A DNA stretch of 64,000 nt, from the UHGV virus genome UHGV-0141439. One strand, 5' to 3'. The position numbers and the translations under genes were made by a program. Below, in pieces: positions 37,720 through 48,009 of this stretch; position 1 is the stretch's first letter; each line of letters opens with the position of its first letter. The notes under the pieces are model-generated. The model saw only the letters and a list, made by a program, of their open reading frames with translations, ran no database searches and had not been told where the DNA came from. This DNA is from a virus.

Positions 37720-38034
37720 TTATTGTGTCATTGCCTGGTAGATAAAATACACGATGCATACCGGTACGATAGCCCATTGCAGCAATGAAAGCAGCCTCAT
37801 GGCTGTCATTGGAGTAACTCCGTCTACGTATTCCTTCTCTGACATTTTCCCTAACCAACTAACCGACAAAAGGGTCGAGTTCTCCCCCATTTCCAGCTCC
37901 CTGAGGGCTTCCCGGATTAAAGGCGCTGTTACCACCTTGCGGGCAGTGTTGAGCGTAATGCTCCGCGTCCTCCCGGCGTCATCGGCAAACGCCAGGTTCA
38001 CATGATATTTTTTGCTCAATGTACAAACTCCCAA
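37720..38034 (-). CDS. Small protein with C-terminal transmembrane helix
   Basis: 104 aa; C-terminus LLSLLQWAIVPVCIVYFIYQAM. Confidence 0.35.
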   Translation of the reverse strand: MGVCTLSKKYHVNLAFADDAGRTRSITLNTARKVVTAPLIREALRELEMGENSTLLSVSWLGKMSEKEYVDGVTPMTAMRLLSLLQWAIVPVCIVYFIYQAMTQ

Positions 38035-38216
38035 TCATCAGCGCCTGTACTTTCCGGGGTAATGTGAACCTTATCACCAGTGACAATATTCCGAGCCTCT
38101 ATTGTTCCATTGCTGTGTTTCAACAACTCAACACACAATGGTTGCTGCCAGGAACGACGGCGAGCAACAACGTTAGCACCAGCAGGGATAAGTTCAGCCA
38201 CGTTAAGTAAACGCAA
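38016..38216 (-). CDS. Small hypothetical protein
   Basis: 66-aa ORF overlapping the downstream start. Confidence 0.3.
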   Translation of the reverse strand: MRLLNVAELIPAGANVVARRRSWQQPLCVELLKHSNGTIEARNIVTGDKVHITPESTGADDWEFVH

Positions 38217-38230
38217 AACGATTTCTCCGT

Positions 38231-38722
38231 TTAATCAAGACAAACATATTCCGTGATAGCTTTTATGGCTTCAGCGGCACTGCGCGCCTCAAAGCAGTAG
38301 TAACCTGCTTCGGTGAGGCGAGTCATCCAGACGAGTTGTTCGGGAGTCAGGCGATTTCTCCCATGTTTCATCTCAATGCGCATTCCGTGGTATCCCCCAC
38401 AAGCAAGGTCTATAGAAAGATCGGGATATCCCTTCTTTTGGCCCTCTGCCACCATTTTTATTGCCGTCCTTATGCCTCGCAGACCGCCGTTTGGAGTGGC
38501 GTGTGTATGCTCATACACATAGCGCATATTGCGATACAACCAATCCAGGACGCGTACCTGCTCGTAATGCTCATGGTTCCTTTTGATTAGATCTGGGTTT
38601 TTCTCCAGTTCTCTGAGAGCTGCGGCATGTGGTGATGTTTCAGAATATTCACTGCGACGCCTTCTTTTTCTCGCTATTTTTCTAACACACCCATTGATAG
38701 TAAATAAGCGAAATAATAACAA
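38231..38722 (-). CDS. VRR-NUC domain nuclease (PD-(D/E)xK-type)
   Basis: EHYEQVRVLDWL...HATPNGG...GYPDLSIDLA...GMRIEMKHGRNRLTPEQLVWMTRLTEAGY matches the VRR-NUC pattern; start codon uncertain (TTG at 38722); an operator-like TCTAACA lies inside the 5' end. Confidence 0.5.
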   Translation of the reverse strand: MLLFRLFTINGCVRKIARKRRRRSEYSETSPHAAALRELEKNPDLIKRNHEHYEQVRVLDWLYRNMRYVYEHTHATPNGGLRGIRTAIKMVAEGQKKGYPDLSIDLACGGYHGMRIEMKHGRNRLTPEQLVWMTRLTEAGYYCFEARSAAEAIKAITEYVCLD

Positions 38723-38861
38723 CTGCGTTAGATTTGTAAAACAAGAGAGATACTACTCAAGGCTGGGCTATATGCAACAGGTCGGATTTGCTTTTAGAGT
38801 AAAAAGTGACCTTAATCAACAAGGAGGGTAAATCGCATGGCATTTACCCAACTTGTTATTT

Positions 38862-39122
38862 TTAAAGGTTTATTTTATCCGGTTCGGATATTTCTGTGAT
38901 TGTCTTGTCGATTGCGATCAACCACCCTTCATAGGTTAAATCATCAACAAGCTCTACCAGTTTGTCTTCTGTATGAGGGAAGTATACCCAGCTCCAGCTC
39001 GCTGGGTTTTCTGCTTTTCGCAGCGTAAAAACCTTCTTGTAACGGTGAAACTCAAGGACATACCCCTTCGATATGGAATATTCCTTTAGGTCTTCGACCG
39101 TAAACCTACGATTCTTTCGCAT
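38862..39122 (-). CDS. Small hypothetical protein
   Basis: 86-aa ORF. Confidence 0.35.
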   Translation of the reverse strand: MRKNRRFTVEDLKEYSISKGYVLEFHRYKKVFTLRKAENPASWSWVYFPHTEDKLVELVDDLTYEGWLIAIDKTITEISEPDKINL

Positions 39123-39124
39123 GG

Positions 39125-39559
39125 CTACCCCATGATTCGATATTTCTCTATTGACTCGTCGTAACTTGTGTACACGTATGGCTCTGTATCATCAGCATAA
39201 GGTGCGACTTCCAGAGCATGAACGGGATTGTATACCGCGTCATTTTCCAGGCGATCGCTCGAATACAGATGCCCAGCCAAAACCGTAAGCGCCGGGCGAC
39301 TCATTTTGTAGATCTCTGCCACATCACTATCTACAACTTGTCCAAATGATATGTCGCCGCGCTCCAGCAATATCGTTTTGAGCGCGGGCCACCACGGACC
39401 ATAAAGGTGATAAAGCTGTGGATTTTTCTTCAGTCTTTCTACCATGCCATCAAGATAAACTGTCAGGTATTCTTCTTCACTCCTGCCATTGAGTGCCTGC
39501 GGCAAGATTTCCTCAAGGTAGGATTCCGTCGGTTTTACAGTGTCAATTAGTGTCGTCAT
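39125..39559 (-). CDS. Hypothetical protein immediately downstream of the DarB-like gene
   Basis: 144-aa ORF. Confidence 0.4.
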   Translation of the reverse strand: MTTLIDTVKPTESYLEEILPQALNGRSEEEYLTVYLDGMVERLKKNPQLYHLYGPWWPALKTILLERGDISFGQVVDSDVAEIYKMSRPALTVLAGHLYSSDRLENDAVYNPVHALEVAPYADDTEPYVYTSYDESIEKYRIMG

Positions 39560-39595
39560 TCAAATTCGGCCCCGGTTGGGGCCGCTCCTTATCTG

Positions 39596-42500
39596 TTAGG
39601 CCGCATCGGCGATTATTTTACGCAGTTCATCTACCGAGTAACGCGTAGATACCATCCACGCCGGACGGTCAAAGTTCACATCAGCAACCGGGTTTGCTTC
39701 AAAATTCCAGAAACGCCCGCCAATCTTCTTAATCGCGTCTTTGGCGTTCCGTATTGTCGAGGAACCTGGCTGGTCGGCAATGAGATAAACCGCGCCAACG
39801 TCTTCGCTGACGCTCCACCAGCGCCCGCGAACACGCGCCTTAGCGCGAATCGGCTTATCATTAACCACAATGATATAGTCATCATTCGCCGCTTCATCAG
39901 CTCTGGCTTCAGCCACTGCCGCCTGCTCTTCTCTTTTGCTTTCAGCCTGCTCAAGCCTTTCCGCGATCTCTGATTCAGTGGCCCCGCCGTTTTTCAGCGA
40001 TACATAGTCCTGCCACGTTGCCGATTTGAGCGCATCCGGCAACTCATTCACATAGTCGCCGTCTTTCAACTCACGGGCGCGACGGGTAGCCATTTCTACC
40101 AGGCGATTAACAGAAACAGCATCAGCAAAATCGTCCTTACTAATGTGTTTTTCATCAAATGCATTGATGACAGCCCCCACCTTAATCCACTGTGCTGCTG
40201 GCGAATCCAGAGGATTATCGGCCTGAACAATGGCTAATTTCGCTCCATCGACACCATTATTAGCCAGCTGCTCCAATGCCGACCAGCCATCGGCATCGCT
40301 GAGTGATTTATATTGCTCAAACAATGCATCGCGCCAGGCCACCAGCGCAGCTCGTGTTTTCTCAATTTTCGCCGTAATTTTCGCGGCCTTCACCTGATTA
40401 AACATCCGTTCAATGTCATCAGTGTTGCTAAAGGCTTTCATCCTGCCCTGGAATAAACGGTATGCCACCACGGTCTTCCAGAAAGATTCCAGCCCTTCTC
40501 CGGACGGTTTACGGAACAGGCTAAGAATATCTTCAGAAGTAACTTTATTAAGTGAGCGACCGGACAAACCACGCCCTGCCATCCAGTTTTCAAACTCCTG
40601 GGAAACATCATCCATCGTGGCCTGTGACCCCCATGCCTGCATTCCCTGGATGTAATCATATCCATACAATGCCTGGAGGAATCCCTCTCCGTCCACGATA
40701 TTCAGCGGGTTATCACTGGCTTGTATTTTTGCCACTTCACGCTTCAGCGCCTCATCGTTGCCATCAGGGTAAATCCACCGCTCAGGCGCTATATCCGATG
40801 CTCGCCCGATTTTTTGACCTATTACGCCATCATAAGCCGATGACAGTGCAATCTGACCATCATCGGTGCGATAAGCCCAGTATTTAATAGCTGAACCACC
40901 GCCCCATACTCTACCAGGCTTCCCGGCAGTGACATTCATTACCCCATTGCGAATAGCATCATAGAACTGATCGCGCGTAAGTGTTGTTGATAGCTGGTGG
41001 CATTGAACACCACGTGCAGCTGTTTCACGCGATTCTGCAACTCCCTCTTCAAAGGTTACCGATTCAATTATCAGGTTAAAGGGCAAAAATAATGCCGTCC
41101 CCGGAGAACGAGAGTAACGACTAGCCACATCCAGCCAGGATATGCGGCACGTACACCCGCCCCTTTCCGCATCAATGGCGGTAACACGAACAATTGCTGT
41201 CGTATTGTGATTCTCATCGATGATCGCGCGATAATGGCTGCCCTTGTGCAACAAGATATTTTTCTCAGTGCGTACATACTCCTGTGGGTTCTGCAATACA
41301 TCGGCATCAAGCTCCAGAACCCCGGCTTTAATCGCACGTTCCAGATCACCACGAGAACGTTTCATAACGGTGTCAGCGTCTTTAGCTCTGGTGATCGCAA
41401 AGCGTAGCTCCCGCACACGTTTTCTGTAGTCTCGCAACTGTTCCAGAACATATTTCTGCCCGTTCCTGTTCGTCCCCGCTTTAATCAGGTCGTCAACATT
41501 GCGCTGGTAATGCTCTACCTGCTCCATCGCGCTTTTCAGTTCAGTCTCCATCATGCCGATATCTTTCCCGGCAGCATTCGCCGCTTTCAGGTAGTTATCG
41601 AGAGCATTATTGGCTTCGCGTAGGGCTTTCAGTTTCAGACGTTCTTCACGCTCTTGCGCCTGACGACTCATGATTGCACGGCGTTCTTCCGGATTTGCCG
41701 CCAGCATAATGGCGCGTTCATCTGCGTCATCCGCATCACCATTGGCGATCTCTGACATGTCGGAGGTCATCACCATATTGATCCAGTCCTTCTTACGTTT
41801 CAGCGTATCCAGACGGAAGTCATCAAATGTGCCTTTGCCACAATAGTAGTGAACATTGACCTTTTCTTGTGGTGAGCCTACCCGAGCGCCGCGTCCATTA
41901 CGTTGGTCGATACTGGCAGGAGTCCAGGGTAGTGTCAGATGGTGGATATCGGTTGTCCCGATGTGCAAGTTAATACCTACTTCAGCCTTCTTGTTACAGA
42001 TTATGATGCGCGTGCGACCTTCGTTATAGTCGGCGGCAATACCTTCCATGCCCTCAAGGCCAGCATCATTTTTAGCTGAGAGATAATCCTCATATTGGGC
42101 AAGTTTGCTGTAGTAGGTTTCCCATGCACCTTCTTTGTATTCACCGTTTTTATTTGGCGTAGGTTCAGTCGGCTTATTCACCTTCTTCAGCTTGACGCCG
42201 CCAGCCTGGCTAACTGTCGTCGCATTGATAATGCCTATCTCCTGCTCCGGCATTTGCAGTGCACTGGCAATAATACGGCGCAGCTTCTGGTGCTGGGCTT
42301 TTTCATCAATGAAGACGATTTGTTTACCGTTCTTCAGACCTTCACGAAGGTTTTCGATCAGCGCGGCATACTTCGGCGGGATGGGGTGTGATACCTGCTG
42401 CATATCAATACCGGCAGCCGCAATGGCCTTCAGTATTTCAGCTTCCAGTTCAATGCCAGCACGTATTTCAACATGCGACGGATGTTCGCTAAAGGTGGTC

Positions 42501-45500
42501 TTCACTACCTTGCTGGTACGCGTACTGACCAGCCCACCAGCGCCATCTTCTTCGGCATCGTCTACATCATCTGCCACTTTACCGCCAGCTACTTTTGGCA
42601 GGGCATCAGCAATAGCTTTTACCTTGTCTGCAAGCTCAACGGGGAACTGGAATGTAATCGCACTGGCATACAGATCAGGATCTATAGCAACCTTATCCAT
42701 GTCGCGGATGATGGAGAAGATGAAATCATCCGGTTTTTCGTTTGTGATATGCCCGTTTTCATCGACCGTCAGCGCATCTTTACTGCTTAACTCCTGTGCA
42801 CGCTTACGAAGTTCTTCGTAAATGGCCTCTTGCTCTCCTGTCATCGGGATCTGCAAGGTATTCTCGACAATATCAGGGATTTTTACCGTCGCCCCGACGT
42901 CAGCAGCAGTCTTCAGAGTAGTCCAGCGATGGAAAATACCACGCAGACCATCCAGGTTCTGGAAGCCCACCAGTCCCTGCTTCTCTTCCACCTCACCGGA
43001 AATTTTCTGAACCTGAACTGTGGCTGTTTTACCGAACACGCGAACGAAATCATCCGGCGTAACAATACCCATGCGCATCCACTCTTCCTGCGGAATGACA
43101 GTAGACAGCATGTTGAAAGCATCAATCGGGCTGTTCACCAGCGGTGTTGCCGTCAGCATAACCACACCACGCCCGTTGTTGCGTTTCATCATGTACGCAG
43201 CTTTTACAGCCATGTCGCGGGCCATTTTGGATACTGCCGGGTTAGGCAAATATGCCAGTTGCCCCGCTTCGCGCCCGGCGCTAAAGGAGTTGCGGTAGTT
43301 ATGCCCTTCGTCGGCAATTACGCTATCGAAGTTCATATCCTCAAAGTACGGGATATTCTGCTTCTTCGTTGTACCGGTATTTGCGGCCTGGTCCTTAATC
43401 TTGTTCTTCTTCTGCGCGTCACGGTGTTTGCCAGATGCCAGGTCAAGACGCCCCATTTCCACAGCATTAAAGACCGCTTGCTGTGAGTTTTCCTCAATGG
43501 TTTCTTCTCGTAGCGGGATAGACGCGAATTGCTCTTTTGTCATGATGACCGTTCGCCAATTTGACGACGGGATCATGTTCATGCGCTGAACGATAACGGC
43601 GCTGGCGGACTCTTTCACAACATTTCTGGTAAGAGCCTGCCCGTTACTGTCGAGGCGTGGTTCGCCATTTTCATCAAGCACCGGCGCGGTCAGAATATTT
43701 CCGCTGTCATCACGAACTTCATCCAAACCGATAAACATCATATTGGCGAAGGCATCAGCACTGTAGAAACTCTGTGCCTCGTGATACCAGTTCTGATAAA
43801 CCGCCTTCGGAACAACAATACACGTGCGTTTAGTGCGACCTGTTTCGAAGTTATACGCCTCAAGCGCAAGCGCGGTCGTGGTTTTACCCAGCCCGGTGCC
43901 AAATCCCATGATGCCGCGCCCATCTTCTGATAAGCGACGAACTTCTTCATTCTGATAAGTCAGAGGAATGCGCTTCCCACTAATCCCCTCCAGGCCAAGC
44001 GGTGCGTCAGAATGCGTAAACGGGATGAAGCCATTAAATGCGTCGTTATAGTCGCGGGCTATCTGATCAGCCTGCGGGTGAGTGCGTAACCAGTCGTTGA
44101 AGCTAATTTCCAGTTGAGCAATCTTATCCAGGTACTCGTTAGCGTTCTGCCCACGCGGTTTAATGCCGTTCAGGTAGTTTTCTAACTGGTTCAGGAAGCC
44201 GTCTTTATTGTTGGCCTTCTTGAACTCATTCCCGTTTTTGCCGTTTACGGTTCGTAGTTGATAGCCAGTAAATACCCCGTCCTTACCTTCGTAATCGTCC
44301 GGAGATACCAGAATGCCGTCCTCAACCTTAAGGTCGGGTTCTGTATACTTAAACTCGTCATAGCCTTGCTCTGCCAGGAACTCTTTTATCAAGCGGCGAT
44401 CCAGCCAGCGGGCGTTCAGATTAACGGTGACTTTATTTAGTGGCGTGAAAATGCGTTTCTCTTCGATTTTCGCCAACTGACGCTCAAAGTTCGCTTTCTG
44501 CTCACCTGTTGACGCATCACGCCAGCCCACCAGCAATGCTGTTTTGGTTGCAATATCGCCGCTGGTGGCGCGGTCCATAGGCAGCAGGCAGCCATACCCA
44601 TCAATAGCGATATCATCAAATTTCGCCAGGTATTCCAGAGCAGCATCGTCGTCTCCTGGCAGTTCGCCAGCAAACGCCTCACGAAAATAGTCCAGTGTGA
44701 TTGGATTAAGTGCCACGTCACTGAAAAGGTGGGTTACAACTTGTTCCGGGCGTGTAAAGTCAATACCGGCAGCACCATCCGTTACATCAAGTCGTCCAGC
44801 AAGGAGGTCAGAAGCAGAGCCGTCCTGTTTCACGTTGCCAGTGAAAGTCATCCAGTTTTTAGCGCCAGCTTCAGCAATCCCATTCAGCTTAATCGCGTGC
44901 GGCGGACCATACTTCGCAATTTCGGCTTCCGCCAGGCGCGCGGCATCAGCAAGTTCATCATCAACATTTTCCCCCAGATTACGCTTATCAAGCGCCTTGT
45001 TGATCAACTGCCCTATCAGTGCGCCGCGCATAACGCGTTCTCTGTCTTTTTCTCTCTGCTTGCCAGCAAAGCGAATCATTGCCGCTACTTCATCACTGAT
45101 AACCGACGGATAGTCGGACGCGATCGCCGATATCTGGTCCCATGACAACGCCAGAATGCCATTTGTTGACTGAAACGCGATCTGCAGATCACCAAACGTC
45201 GTAACACCATATCGATTTACATCAAGCGCGGAGGATTTGGTTGTCGCGTCCTTGACCCATTTCAGACCATCAAACTCATGCCAGATGCCGCCTACAAGGC
45301 GTTTATCGCCCACTTTCGCGCCCTGCCATGCCTGAGTAGTTACGCCAAGCAAATCCCAATTAATGCGGCTTTCAAAGCGGCGCGATAGAGCGGTTTTCAT
45401 CGACTCATTGGATACACGACCGTCCTTTTTCACCACCAGGGTATTGCGGAAGCTGGTACGCTCCATATCGCCGTAAACAAATCGCTTCCCTTCGGTTGTA

Positions 45501-46435
45501 AACCATTTCCCTTTGAGGAAGGTATCCCAAAGGACGTTTGCCGACTTGAGCGTTGCATCATCCGTGTCGGGGATCATCTCCAGGAAGGTTTCCGGGTGTT
45601 TACGCAATACCCATACGTCCACCACTGTATCTGTACCGGATTCGCTGAACGTACCAGAAGGCATACGATGTGCGCCCAAAAATTCCGCTTTACGGCTGAC
45701 TTTATCGCGCAATTTTTTGTATTTCGTACCATCGGTCATGCCATTCGGCACCACCAATACAATTAGTCCACCAGGCTTAACCTTGTCGATCGTGCGCAGC
45801 ACAAAATAATTGCCAACGTTCTTCTCGTTTGCATATGCCGGATCAAGCCCGGCGACACCGGAACGCCCTTCGCCAAACGGTACGTTACCAACAGCATGGT
45901 CATACATTGCGTCTTTCGCCGCCAGAGCTTCAAACGCCCCGATATTCACATCGTCTTCCGGGTGCAAAAGCTGGTTTATTCGACCGGAAATCGGAGACAG
46001 TTCGGCGCTGGTCATTATCATGCCCTGCCGTTTTGTCTCCTGGAAAATACCTGTGCCCGCTGATGGTTCCAGTACGTGCCCACCATCAATACCGTAGTCA
46101 GCAAACAGATCCCATATACCTTCAGCCATAAACTGTGGCGTGTAGTATTCGTATTGGCTGCCCTCACCATCTGTCAGGCCACCTTCACCGGTATACCCGG
46201 CAAGAATCTGACGTTGTTCGTCAGTTAATTTCGCCCCATCGAAGCCGGGCGGAAGGGAATTAAGAAGATTTACTGCGGCATTGTTTGCTGCCCGGCGTGT
46301 TTTCTGAATACTGACGCCATCGGCTTTCCTGACGCCAAAGGTCGCAACAGCACGTAATTTATGCAACCGACTAACAATTTCAATCAGTTCGCCTAAGCTG
46401 GAGGCTTCACTGATTGAATGAAGTAGTTTGTCCAA
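39596..46435 (-). CDS. darB: DarB-like giant methyltransferase-helicase (2279 aa)
   Basis: N-terminal N6-MTase motifs (VLEPSAGTGIF; NVPF) and C-terminal SF2 helicase motifs (GTGLGKT, DEGH, TATP, QRNGRGAR); size close to P1 DarB; TTG start after a GAGGGGG RBS. Confidence 0.7.
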   Translation of the reverse strand: MDKLLHSISEASSLGELIEIVSRLHKLRAVATFGVRKADGVSIQKTRRAANNAAVNLLNSLPPGFDGAKLTDEQRQILAGYTGEGGLTDGEGSQYEYYTPQFMAEGIWDLFADYGIDGGHVLEPSAGTGIFQETKRQGMIMTSAELSPISGRINQLLHPEDDVNIGAFEALAAKDAMYDHAVGNVPFGEGRSGVAGLDPAYANEKNVGNYFVLRTIDKVKPGGLIVLVVPNGMTDGTKYKKLRDKVSRKAEFLGAHRMPSGTFSESGTDTVVDVWVLRKHPETFLEMIPDTDDATLKSANVLWDTFLKGKWFTTEGKRFVYGDMERTSFRNTLVVKKDGRVSNESMKTALSRRFESRINWDLLGVTTQAWQGAKVGDKRLVGGIWHEFDGLKWVKDATTKSSALDVNRYGVTTFGDLQIAFQSTNGILALSWDQISAIASDYPSVISDEVAAMIRFAGKQREKDRERVMRGALIGQLINKALDKRNLGENVDDELADAARLAEAEIAKYGPPHAIKLNGIAEAGAKNWMTFTGNVKQDGSASDLLAGRLDVTDGAAGIDFTRPEQVVTHLFSDVALNPITLDYFREAFAGELPGDDDAALEYLAKFDDIAIDGYGCLLPMDRATSGDIATKTALLVGWRDASTGEQKANFERQLAKIEEKRIFTPLNKVTVNLNARWLDRRLIKEFLAEQGYDEFKYTEPDLKVEDGILVSPDDYEGKDGVFTGYQLRTVNGKNGNEFKKANNKDGFLNQLENYLNGIKPRGQNANEYLDKIAQLEISFNDWLRTHPQADQIARDYNDAFNGFIPFTHSDAPLGLEGISGKRIPLTYQNEEVRRLSEDGRGIMGFGTGLGKTTTALALEAYNFETGRTKRTCIVVPKAVYQNWYHEAQSFYSADAFANMMFIGLDEVRDDSGNILTAPVLDENGEPRLDSNGQALTRNVVKESASAVIVQRMNMIPSSNWRTVIMTKEQFASIPLREETIEENSQQAVFNAVEMGRLDLASGKHRDAQKKNKIKDQAANTGTTKKQNIPYFEDMNFDSVIADEGHNYRNSFSAGREAGQLAYLPNPAVSKMARDMAVKAAYMMKRNNGRGVVMLTATPLVNSPIDAFNMLSTVIPQEEWMRMGIVTPDDFVRVFGKTATVQVQKISGEVEEKQGLVGFQNLDGLRGIFHRWTTLKTAADVGATVKIPDIVENTLQIPMTGEQEAIYEELRKRAQELSSKDALTVDENGHITNEKPDDFIFSIIRDMDKVAIDPDLYASAITFQFPVELADKVKAIADALPKVAGGKVADDVDDAEEDGAGGLVSTRTSKVVKTTFSEHPSHVEIRAGIELEAEILKAIAAAGIDMQQVSHPIPPKYAALIENLREGLKNGKQIVFIDEKAQHQKLRRIIASALQMPEQEIGIINATTVSQAGGVKLKKVNKPTEPTPNKNGEYKEGAWETYYSKLAQYEDYLSAKNDAGLEGMEGIAADYNEGRTRIIICNKKAEVGINLHIGTTDIHHLTLPWTPASIDQRNGRGARVGSPQEKVNVHYYCGKGTFDDFRLDTLKRKKDWINMVMTSDMSEIANGDADDADERAIMLAANPEERRAIMSRQAQEREERLKLKALREANNALDNYLKAANAAGKDIGMMETELKSAMEQVEHYQRNVDDLIKAGTNRNGQKYVLEQLRDYRKRVRELRFAITRAKDADTVMKRSRGDLERAIKAGVLELDADVLQNPQEYVRTEKNILLHKGSHYRAIIDENHNTTAIVRVTAIDAERGGCTCRISWLDVASRYSRSPGTALFLPFNLIIESVTFEEGVAESRETAARGVQCHQLSTTLTRDQFYDAIRNGVMNVTAGKPGRVWGGGSAIKYWAYRTDDGQIALSSAYDGVIGQKIGRASDIAPERWIYPDGNDEALKREVAKIQASDNPLNIVDGEGFLQALYGYDYIQGMQAWGSQATMDDVSQEFENWMAGRGLSGRSLNKVTSEDILSLFRKPSGEGLESFWKTVVAYRLFQGRMKAFSNTDDIERMFNQVKAAKITAKIEKTRAALVAWRDALFEQYKSLSDADGWSALEQLANNGVDGAKLAIVQADNPLDSPAAQWIKVGAVINAFDEKHISKDDFADAVSVNRLVEMATRRARELKDGDYVNELPDALKSATWQDYVSLKNGGATESEIAERLEQAESKREEQAAVAEARADEAANDDYIIVVNDKPIRAKARVRGRWWSVSEDVGAVYLIADQPGSSTIRNAKDAIKKIGGRFWNFEANPVADVNFDRPAWMVSTRYSVDELRKIIADAA

Positions 46436-46586
46436 AGGATTTCCCCCTCTAAACCGTAAAAAATTCCGCTATGCGGTACGGTTGAGAGGGTATGGAGAAT
46501 GTTATTTTCATGGGGACGATACTACCGTCAAAATCACATACTCCCCATAGTTTGCCTACTTATTAACCCATGACCGGGAGAAAAAT

Positions 46587-47072
46587 ATGGCAAATATTGA
46601 ACCTCGCTGGCTAATTGAAGCCCGTAAGCACATTGGCCTGACTGAAATAAAAGGCGCTAAACACAACCCTGAAATCGTTCAGTTCTGGCGCGACATCAAG
46701 CGCGGCGGAATTAAAGACGATGAAACGCCGTGGTGCGCAGCATTTGTCGGTGCAATGCTGGAACGTGTAGGCATCCACTCAACAAGATTTGAGTCGGCAA
46801 AATCCTATCTGGATTGGGGCGAGAAATTAGATACACCGGCATACGGATGTATCGTTGTATTTACCCGCGTAGGCGGTGGGCACGTAGGCTTCGTTGTCGG
46901 ACGCCGTGCCAATGGCGATCTGCTTGTCCTGGGTGGGAACCAGGGGGATGCGGTTAATATTCGCGCATTCCCAACATCAAGAGTGTCTGGCTATCGCTGG
47001 CCTGCTGGCGAACCACGCAATACCGCTCTGTTACCAGTCGGAGACGCAGCAACCTCAACTAATGAGGCATGA
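46587..47072 (+). CDS. TIGR02594-like protein (CHAP-like putative cell-wall hydrolase)
   Basis: 161 aa; conserved Cys (PWCAAFV) and His (GGHVGFVV). Confidence 0.5.
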   Translation: MANIEPRWLIEARKHIGLTEIKGAKHNPEIVQFWRDIKRGGIKDDETPWCAAFVGAMLERVGIHSTRFESAKSYLDWGEKLDTPAYGCIVVFTRVGGGHVGFVVGRRANGDLLVLGGNQGDAVNIRAFPTSRVSGYRWPAGEPRNTALLPVGDAATSTNEA

Positions 47073-47096
47073 AAAAAGCCCCGGCCTGGCCGGGGC
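47072..47096 (-). terminator. Hairpin terminator ending the ant operon (minus strand)
   Basis: GCCCCGGCC-T-GGCCGGGGC with an A-run on the + strand (U-run on minus). Confidence 0.55.
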
Positions 47097-47104
47097 ATCA
47101 CGCT

Positions 47105-47305
47105 TCAAGTCACGATCCAATCATTACCGACTATATCAGCCGTCGATAAATCAACTTCCCGGATCTGGAGTCCATTAATACAAAACCATCCGGTAGTAGA
47201 GTAATTATCAGGCCAGGCCCATACACCAACACTCCATGCTTTACGGCGGCACACTTCAGCCTGTTCTTCCCTGATTTTTTTTACCGCCTGCATGATGTCC
47301 ATCAC
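47105..47305 (-). CDS. Small hypothetical protein, translationally coupled after ant
   Basis: 66-aa ORF; ATGA overlap with ant. Confidence 0.35.
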   Translation of the reverse strand: MMDIMQAVKKIREEQAEVCRRKAWSVGVWAWPDNYSTTGWFCINGLQIREVDLSTADIVGNDWIVT

Positions 47306-48009
47306 TCACCTCCCCAACCGATCACCTGGAATTGCCCCATTTTTGGGTGATACCAGCGTTTTCCTCGGTGTTCAGCCTCCGACATCATCCGGTTAAAAGC
47401 ATTCATGAAGGGAGATAAGGCCACGATGGATCGACGCGACAATACCCCCTCTGGAGTTAAAAACTCATGTGTATCGGTGGGAATCCGGTAAGCGTTGACC
47501 AGGTTGCGACATTTGGCTTTGGTCAGGCCGCATTTTGCCGCCAGCTGGCGGTAGCCAATGTAGCCTTCCGGCATATTGCCTTTCTTGATTTGCTCAACGG
47601 TTTCAGCGACCTGGCTAACCTTTGACTCAACAGCATGAAGCCGCTTTTGCTGCTGAACTGCATTTGCAGCCATTGCGGCGATCATCTCTATTTCGGTCAA
47701 CGGCTGGCGTACTTGTTCTTCCAGTTCGCGCCAGCGGTCCACCAGCCGGGCGGTGAATTCCGGAGAGAGCTGCGCAACGACAATAATGCTGTCTCGTTTG
47801 CCTTGCTCGCCTTCGAAGACGTAAGCCTCGACACTACGGCGTAGTCCTAAGTTATTGATTTTTTCGAAAACCTGCAATGCAGGAAGTTGAATAACTCCAG
47901 ATTTAGCCAGGCGCTCTATTGATATTTTTACGTTATCTGGACGACTTCCCACCAGCTCCGCGATCTCAATGCTGGTCATTGATGGCTTTTCAAGAATGCA
48001 GATATCCAT
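47302..48009 (-). CDS. Antirepressor-like protein with Rha-type N-terminal domain
   Basis: MTSIEIAELVGSRPDNVKISIERL matches the Rha-family N-terminus; ATG at 48009 overlaps the icd-like stop (TGATG). Confidence 0.55.
   Translation of the reverse strand: MDICILEKPSMTSIEIAELVGSRPDNVKISIERLAKSGVIQLPALQVFEKINNLGLRRSVEAYVFEGEQGKRDSIIVVAQLSPEFTARLVDRWRELEEQVRQPLTEIEMIAAMAANAVQQQKRLHAVESKVSQVAETVEQIKKGNMPEGYIGYRQLAAKCGLTKAKCRNLVNAYRIPTDTHEFLTPEGVLSRRSIVALSPFMNAFNRMMSEAEHRGKRWYHPKMGQFQVIGWGGE

Noticed and set aside
40413-45145. Many 60-230-aa ORFs on the plus strand inside the DarB-like gene (for example 42135-42821, 42830-43486, 44697-45113)
   Set aside because: They lie antisense within a long ORF that has clear methyltransferase and helicase motifs, and have low-complexity Ser/Ala/Arg-rich translations; treated as frame artefacts.
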